DNA of 62,072 bases, counting the filler. It is 5 parts of 5 records of this genome, joined end to end, with 100 filler letters (N's around TTAATTAATTAA, not from the genome) between each part and the next. Parts side by side here need not be neighbours in the genome. Positions count along the whole stretch, not along the records: positions 42,905 to 62,072 come from DRR723986_9236; 4 more parts are not named here. One strand, 5' to 3'. Of this stretch, positions 57,138-62,072 are shown piece by piece. Under the pieces are notes generated by a model. The model did no database searches. It had not been told where the DNA came from and was given only the letters and a program-made list of their open reading frames with translations. A program made the position numbers and the translations under genes. The number at the start of each line of letters is the position of its first letter. The first letter of the stretch is position 1.

Positions 57138-57704
57138 CTATTGAACAGCCTTGGGAGCTTCGGTCCGGGTCCGGTTTCGTTCCGCGATCTGTTTCGATAC
57201 GCCGCCGTTCACTGTTGTGGGCTTTCCGGAAGGATCGAAAGCGGACTTGAATGTGAAGGCCGCGGGCGTGGGGCCCGCGTCGCCCAGGCGTTCGAAACGG
57301 TCGATCGCCTCCACCCAGTCCGGTTGGTGGCCTTCCGGCACCCACCACAGAGCATAGGCAGGGTAGGCGTGGTCTTCGCGCATGAAGTCCGGACCCTTTT
57401 TCAGGATTTCGGCGTGCGGCCCTCGGTAGACGGCGGCAAGCGCTGATTCCAGGTCTTGCCAAAGCGAGATGGTGGAGGGTGCCCAGCCGTCGCCATTGTC
57501 CTGCCAGTACCTGGGAAAAACCTGCTCGCCCCAGCTGTCCGGTCCCGGTTCGTCTTCGTAGCCGGAGCGGGCGACGAAACCCTCGGCGCGCTCCATCGCA
57601 GCCCACACAAGCGGCTCGGCCTGGTGAAAGGGTTCCACAACCGGGTGGTCCGCCCGCGTACGGAATTGGCCGAATGTATAGAGCGCAAGCCAGTGACCGT
57701 TCAT
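57138..57704 (-). CDS. DUF3291 family protein
   Basis: AEGFVAR, TISLWQDLE, ALWWV, GPTPAAFTF; start at MNGHWL. Confidence 0.8.
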   Translation of the reverse strand: MNGHWLALYTFGQFRTRADHPVVEPFHQAEPLVWAAMERAEGFVARSGYEDEPGPDSWGEQVFPRYWQDNGDGWAPSTISLWQDLESALAAVYRGPHAEILKKGPDFMREDHAYPAYALWWVPEGHQPDWVEAIDRFERLGDAGPTPAAFTFKSAFDPSGKPTTVNGGVSKQIAERNRTRTEAPKAVQ

Positions 57705-57891
57705 GCTTCCTCGCCGCTGAATGACACCCGGCAGAGACTGGCTGCAATTCACCCGTGTCGCAAGAGGTTGCAAGCGTCGCAAAACAGATAGTCCACGCAT
57801 GCGGCTGGAAAAATTCGCGCAGCTGGTCTAAGCGCTGGAAGAAGACTTTGGTGGCCGGCATGAGCGCGGCACCGGCAACGAGGATAATCGC

Positions 57892-58719
57892 GTGGAAGAT
57901 CTCAGCCTTTTCTCCCTTGGCCTTCTGGCTGTTGCGCTGCTGGCAACCGGGCTTGTGGCCGGGATCATTGCAGGCCTGCTCGGCGTCGGTGGCGGCATCG
58001 TCATCGTGCCGGTGCTCTATTACATGTTCACCGCCCTGAAGATCGACCCGTCGGTTCTGATGCATGTGGCCGTGGGAACGTCGCTCGCAACCATTCTGGC
58101 GACCGGCACGTCGTCGGCGCGCGCCCACTACAATCGTGGCAGCGTCGACATGGATCTCCTGAAACGCTGGTGGTGGGCGATCGCTCTTGGTGTCATCGCC
58201 GGGGGAACACTCGCGGGGAACATTTCGGGTGGCGCACTGACGCTGGTCTTCGGGATTGTCGCTCTGGCCGTGTCGGCCAACATGATGTTCCGCAAGGATG
58301 GCTCTCATCTGGCCGACAAGCTTCCCGGGTCTCCGATCAAGGAAACGCTGGGTTTCCTGATTGGCGGGATCTCGGTGATGATGGGCATTGGCGGTGGAAC
58401 GCTCGGCGTTCCGACATTGACCCTTTTCAATTATCCGATCCGCAAGGCGGTTGGCACCGCGGCGGCCATCGGCCTCATCATTGCCGTTCCGGGCACTCTG
58501 CTGTCGATCTTCTTCGGCTGGGGCGAGGAGGGGCGCCCGCCGTTCTCGCTCGGGTATGTCAACCTGATCGGCTTCTTCCTGATCATTCCGGCCAGCACCC
58601 TTGCTGCACCCTGGGGCGCGAAGATCGCCCATGCCATCGATCCGTCGAAGCTGAAACTCGTGTTCGCGCTGTTCCTCGGTTTTACCGGCCTGCGCATGAT
58701 CTACGGCGTCGTGTTCTGA
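57892..58719 (+). CDS. Sulfite exporter TauE/SafE family membrane protein
   Basis: AGLLGVGGGIVIVP, AVGTSLA, MGIGGG, AVGTAA. Confidence 0.92.
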   Translation: MEDLSLFSLGLLAVALLATGLVAGIIAGLLGVGGGIVIVPVLYYMFTALKIDPSVLMHVAVGTSLATILATGTSSARAHYNRGSVDMDLLKRWWWAIALGVIAGGTLAGNISGGALTLVFGIVALAVSANMMFRKDGSHLADKLPGSPIKETLGFLIGGISVMMGIGGGTLGVPTLTLFNYPIRKAVGTAAAIGLIIAVPGTLLSIFFGWGEEGRPPFSLGYVNLIGFFLIIPASTLAAPWGAKIAHAIDPSKLKLVFALFLGFTGLRMIYGVVF

Positions 58720-58851
58720 CCGGTGGCCTGGTCCCGGCTACAGGATCGCTGATGGGTAAATCAAAAGGTTTCATTGGTTCTGAGGCGATTTATCAGCAAT
58801 ACTGACCTTTCTTTGCGGGGGCTGCCCGCCGCCTGACACTCTTGGACAGAC

Positions 58852-59553
58852 ATGTTGAACAAAAATGTGACCCTCAGCCTGCAAGGCTGCGTGCGGGGCG
58901 CCACGATGTGCATTCCGGTATCCCCGGGCATCATCGCGCTTGGACTGGTCTTCGGAACGGTCGCCGCGCAAAAGGGGCTGACCTTCCTCGAAACGATCAT
59001 GATCAACTCGCTGGTTTTCGCCGGCGCCAGCCAGTTCGTCGCGATGGAAGTCTACAGCGATCCGCTCAATTATGCTCTCGTCGTGGCCATGATCGGGGTT
59101 ACCGCTGCCGTCAACATGCGCATGCTGCTGATCGGCGCGAGCCTGCGGCCCTGGCTTGGCCAGGTGCCGGCCTGGCAGACCTATCCTTCCCTGTTTCTGC
59201 TGACGGACCTCAACTGGTTGCTGGCCTTGTCGGAATACGACAAGGGCACGCGCGACTGGGGGATCTATCTCGGCAGCGGTCTTTTCACCTGGTCGGTCTG
59301 GTCGCTTTCCGTCGTTCCGGGCTATTTCGCAGGCAGTCTCGTGTCGGACCCGAAGGTCTATGGCCTCGATGTGGTTCTGCCGGCTTTCTTCGCCGCACTT
59401 CTGGTGCCGCTCTGGAAGGGCAAGCGCCAGACAGTCAGCTGGCTGTTCGCCGGCGGTATCGCCGCGCTGACCTGGTATCTGGTCGGTGGCTACTGGAGCA
59501 TTTTCACCGGTGCCATCGCCGGTGCTTTCGCGGGGGCCTATCTCGATGACTGA
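58852..59553 (+). CDS. azlC: AzlC family branched-chain amino acid exporter
   Basis: VFAGASQF, NMRMLL.GASL, LTD, GLD...PAFF. Confidence 0.9.
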   Translation: MLNKNVTLSLQGCVRGATMCIPVSPGIIALGLVFGTVAAQKGLTFLETIMINSLVFAGASQFVAMEVYSDPLNYALVVAMIGVTAAVNMRMLLIGASLRPWLGQVPAWQTYPSLFLLTDLNWLLALSEYDKGTRDWGIYLGSGLFTWSVWSLSVVPGYFAGSLVSDPKVYGLDVVLPAFFAALLVPLWKGKRQTVSWLFAGGIAALTWYLVGGYWSIFTGAIAGAFAGAYLDD

Positions 59554-59866
59554 GGGAGCATTCACCGCCGACCCGATCTTCGTCCTGGCCGTGCTTGGCA
59601 TGACGGCGGTCACTTATGCCCTGAGGGCGGGTGGATACTGGGTCATGGGCCGGCTGCCCATCACGCCGCGGGTGCGCCGGGGGCTGGAAGCCTTGCCGGG
59701 CGCGATCATCGTTTCCACCATCCTGCCTATCGTGTTGAAGGGCGGGCTGGCCGTGGCGCTGTGCCTTGTCGTTGCTGCAGCGGCTCAGGTGACCCTGCGC
59801 AAGGAATATGTCGCCGTCTTCTGTGCAGCCGGAGCCGCGGCAGCCCTCAGGGCTGCCGGACTGTAG
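59546..59866 (+). CDS. azlD: AzlD family small subunit
   Basis: MTAVTYALRAGG...LEALPGAIIVS; overlaps the azlC end. Confidence 0.85.
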   Translation: MTEGAFTADPIFVLAVLGMTAVTYALRAGGYWVMGRLPITPRVRRGLEALPGAIIVSTILPIVLKGGLAVALCLVVAAAAQVTLRKEYVAVFCAAGAAAALRAAGL

Positions 59867-59867
59867 T

Positions 59868-61418
59868 CTACTGGCGGTTCAGGATTTTCCGAACCTGTCC
59901 GGCGGTTTCGTCGACATTGCTGCCCGCGTCGATTTCCACCCAGTTCATCTGGCCGAGGTCGTAGCCAAGCTGGGTATCGACAACGTCAGCGTTTGCGTCC
60001 GAGGCATCGTCCCCGCGCACGGAGACCCGGGCTTTCAGGATGTTTGCCGGCGCAGTCAGCCACAGGCCGCAGAAACCGCATTCAACATTATTCGCGATGG
60101 CCTCGATACGGTCCCGTTCGCTCTCGGCGGCAAAAACGGCATCGAAGATTGCCGAGTGACCCGCTGCGAGGACGGTCTGAATGGTGTCGTCCAGCGCGTG
60201 GTAGACCTTCTGGGACGCCTCCAGCGTATAGGCTTCCGCCGGCGCCTTTTCCGTTTCTTCAATGCCCAGCAGGCGCTTTCGCATCACGTCCGTGCGCAGC
60301 ACGCGCGCGCCGGGTGCCCGGCCGATGCCGGGGGCAATTTCGTAGGCAAGCGTGGTCTTGCCGGTGCCGGAAAGGCCGCCGATGGCAACCAGTTGTGGGC
60401 GTGAGGGATCCAGAAAGTCCACTGCGTGGCGGAAATAGGCCTGGGCCTGGTCGCGCTCACGTTGTTTCTGGTTCGGGTCCGACTGGTTGAGAGCGGAGCT
60501 GGCGGCGATCTTGGAGCGGATCGCCGCGCGCATCATCAGGTAGAAGGGCAGGGCTGCCAGGCCCTCCGAATGCGTGTCCAGGCGGCTCTTGTCCATGTAG
60601 CGGTTGAACACCCGGTTGGCCGCACGCTGTTGACCCCGGTCCCACAGGTCCATCAGCAGGAAGGCGAGATCGTAAAGAACATCGCCGGTAGCAATCGCAT
60701 CTGAAAATTCAACCGCATCGAACAGGACCGGGGTTTCATCAACCATGACGATGTTGCGAAGGTGGGCGTCTCCGTGGCAACGACGGACAAGGCCCTGTTC
60801 GCCCCGGCGCAGGATCAGCTCGTGCAGAGCCGACAAGACAGTGCGGGAAGTCTCGGTCAGATGCCGGACCGCCTCGGCTTCGAACAGATCGGGGTGCTCG
60901 CGAAAGGCGGCGTCGTTCTGCTCCACATAGCTTGCAAGCTCCGCGTAGAAGCCGTTGCCCTGCCGTAGTGGCGCGGCGTCATGAGCAGTCACCATCATGT
61001 CCGCCAGCCTGTCCGTCAGAGTGTCCGGAAGCGGGCCGATTGCAGCGACGGAGTCCAGTTCGTGCTGTCGTTCGAACCGGCTCATTTCAACTGCCCATTC
61101 GATGGGCTCTCCAGTGCCGCCAAGATCCAGCGAGCCATCTGCCTCCCGCGTCACAGGCAAGGCCTGCCGGTAGATCTGTGGTGCGTTCGGCTGGTTGAAG
61201 GTTATCTCCGCCTTGCAGGCTTTTTCGCGCAAGGGCAATGTCGAATAATCGAGAAAGGGAAACTTGACCGACCGTTTGACCTTGTAGGCCTTGCTGCCCA
61301 CCAGAAAGACGATATTGGCATGGGTGTCGATCCGCTTCACCTCGGGCCGCGCCGGATCGTCGGACGGCAGGCTGCCGAGGAACTCGAGCGCCTGGTTCTG
61401 GGTTTCGACCTGATCCAT
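59868..61418 (-). CDS. Aminoglycoside phosphotransferase-like / P-loop kinase (AAA_33) fusion
   Basis: IDTHA, AYKVKR, RRCHGDAHLRNI, FDAVEF, DLAFLLMD; GGLSGTGKTT. Confidence 0.9.
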   Translation of the reverse strand: MDQVETQNQALEFLGSLPSDDPARPEVKRIDTHANIVFLVGSKAYKVKRSVKFPFLDYSTLPLREKACKAEITFNQPNAPQIYRQALPVTREADGSLDLGGTGEPIEWAVEMSRFERQHELDSVAAIGPLPDTLTDRLADMMVTAHDAAPLRQGNGFYAELASYVEQNDAAFREHPDLFEAEAVRHLTETSRTVLSALHELILRRGEQGLVRRCHGDAHLRNIVMVDETPVLFDAVEFSDAIATGDVLYDLAFLLMDLWDRGQQRAANRVFNRYMDKSRLDTHSEGLAALPFYLMMRAAIRSKIAASSALNQSDPNQKQRERDQAQAYFRHAVDFLDPSRPQLVAIGGLSGTGKTTLAYEIAPGIGRAPGARVLRTDVMRKRLLGIEETEKAPAEAYTLEASQKVYHALDDTIQTVLAAGHSAIFDAVFAAESERDRIEAIANNVECGFCGLWLTAPANILKARVSVRGDDASDANADVVDTQLGYDLGQMNWVEIDAGSNVDETAGQVRKILNRQ

Positions 61419-61475
61419 CTTCCGTCCCTTTTGCTGACACGTGGCAATACATGCCTCACATGCAAACGACCCGGT

Positions 61476-61489
61476 TTGATCCTTCTCAA
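61476..61489. promoter_or_regulatory. FNR/FixK-type box in divergent intergenic region
   Basis: TTGAT-cctt-CTCAA compared with TTGAT-N4-ATCAA. Confidence 0.65.
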
Positions 61490-61546
61490 TGTGAGGTGCC
61501 CCGGATGTGGCACAAATAAACCGGATTGTCAGTAAAGGAGGGCCCC

Positions 61547-61927
61547 ATGAGCGACTATCCGGCTTTGAAGAAGATCAGGTTGAACCTGGCCAGAACCAAG
61601 GATTTCCCGCAAGGTTCGGCGAACCACGGTTATGAATTCACCGCTCCGCTTGACGAAACCGGCCATATCGACGCCGGCCTTTGGAAGAAGCAGCGCGACC
61701 ATTGCCGTGTGCGGCGATTCTGGGGCGCCGAGGAAGAGGAAGTCGGCCACCTCATCCACCGTCCGGGTGGCTCCTGGGCATTCCATTACGATATCGACGG
61801 CGAGGACGACGACGAGGCGGGCTACCGTTTCGGCGCTCATGCCTTCAACCCGGGTGAATACGTCTCCATCAAGGACGAGGATGGTGAGATGCACACCTTC
61901 CAGGTGGTGACAGTTCAGTCGATCTGA
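61547..61927 (+). CDS. Hypothetical protein
   Basis: RBS AAGGAGG; IRLNLART.DFPQGS..HGYEF.APL, CRVRRFW, WAFHYD, GEYVSI. Confidence 0.82.
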   Translation: MSDYPALKKIRLNLARTKDFPQGSANHGYEFTAPLDETGHIDAGLWKKQRDHCRVRRFWGAEEEEVGHLIHRPGGSWAFHYDIDGEDDDEAGYRFGAHAFNPGEYVSIKDEDGEMHTFQVVTVQSI

Positions 61928-61967
61928 GATCAGCTTCCCATAACAAGACATAACAACGAATGGGGGC

Positions 61968-61998
61968 AGGGGTACCGGGAAACCGGTGCCCCTTTTTT
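61968..61998 (+). terminator. Intrinsic terminator
   Basis: GGGGTACCGG-GAAA-CCGGTGCCCC-TTTTTT. Confidence 0.88.
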
Positions 61999-62072
61999 GT
62001 TTGCAGCGCCGGTGCTTACCGGCAAGGCTGGCCATGACATGAGGCCCATCCTTCGAGACAGCGCTTCGCGCT

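Noticed and set aside
1-62072. CRISPR array, integrase, transposase, prophage or rRNA
   Set aside because: No regularly spaced repeats or hallmark genes were found by eye.

Overview
The window is not one continuous locus. It is five contigs joined by 100-bp artificial linkers (N44-TTAATTAATTAA-N44) at 15585-15684, 21525-21624, 37408-37507 and 42805-42904. Seg1 (1-15584, Rhodobacteraceae-like) holds a flagellar cluster (fliE to flgD), a secreted caspase-like plus trypsin-like protease pair that share a C-terminal module, glycerate kinase and ubiB/ubiE. Seg2 (15685-21524, Roseobacter-like) holds ribokinase, malic enzyme, a GT61 glycosyltransferase and mutS. Seg3 (21625-37407, Rhodobacteraceae-like) starts with a tRNA-His 3' fragment, followed by about 14 kb of accessory-looking cargo and then DUF6476-rluD-rpoH. 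The cargo is a Cys-repeat secreted protein, a lysine dehydrogenase pathway, an uncharacterised three-gene envelope module, a polyprenyl-phospho-arabinofuranose (UbiA/GtrA/DprE1/DprE2-like) operon and a Sel1 protein. Seg4 (37508-42804, Marinobacter-like) holds a CYP153-type P450, a 7TM-DISM/EAL protein, an enoyl-CoA hydratase and betI-betB. Seg5 (42905-62072, Labrenzia/Roseibium-like) holds an Fe3+-binding protein, a giant PdhS-like kinase, two phasins, tRNA-His, ada plus a 2OG-Fe(II) oxygenase, pirin, TauE, AzlCD and an APH-AAA protein. The best candidates for undescribed systems are the three-gene module at 25890-30313 (next to an arabinofuranose-donor operon with no transferase) and the caspase/trypsin-zymogen pair at 9399-12212. 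All family and taxon calls come from motif recognition by eye; no searches were run.
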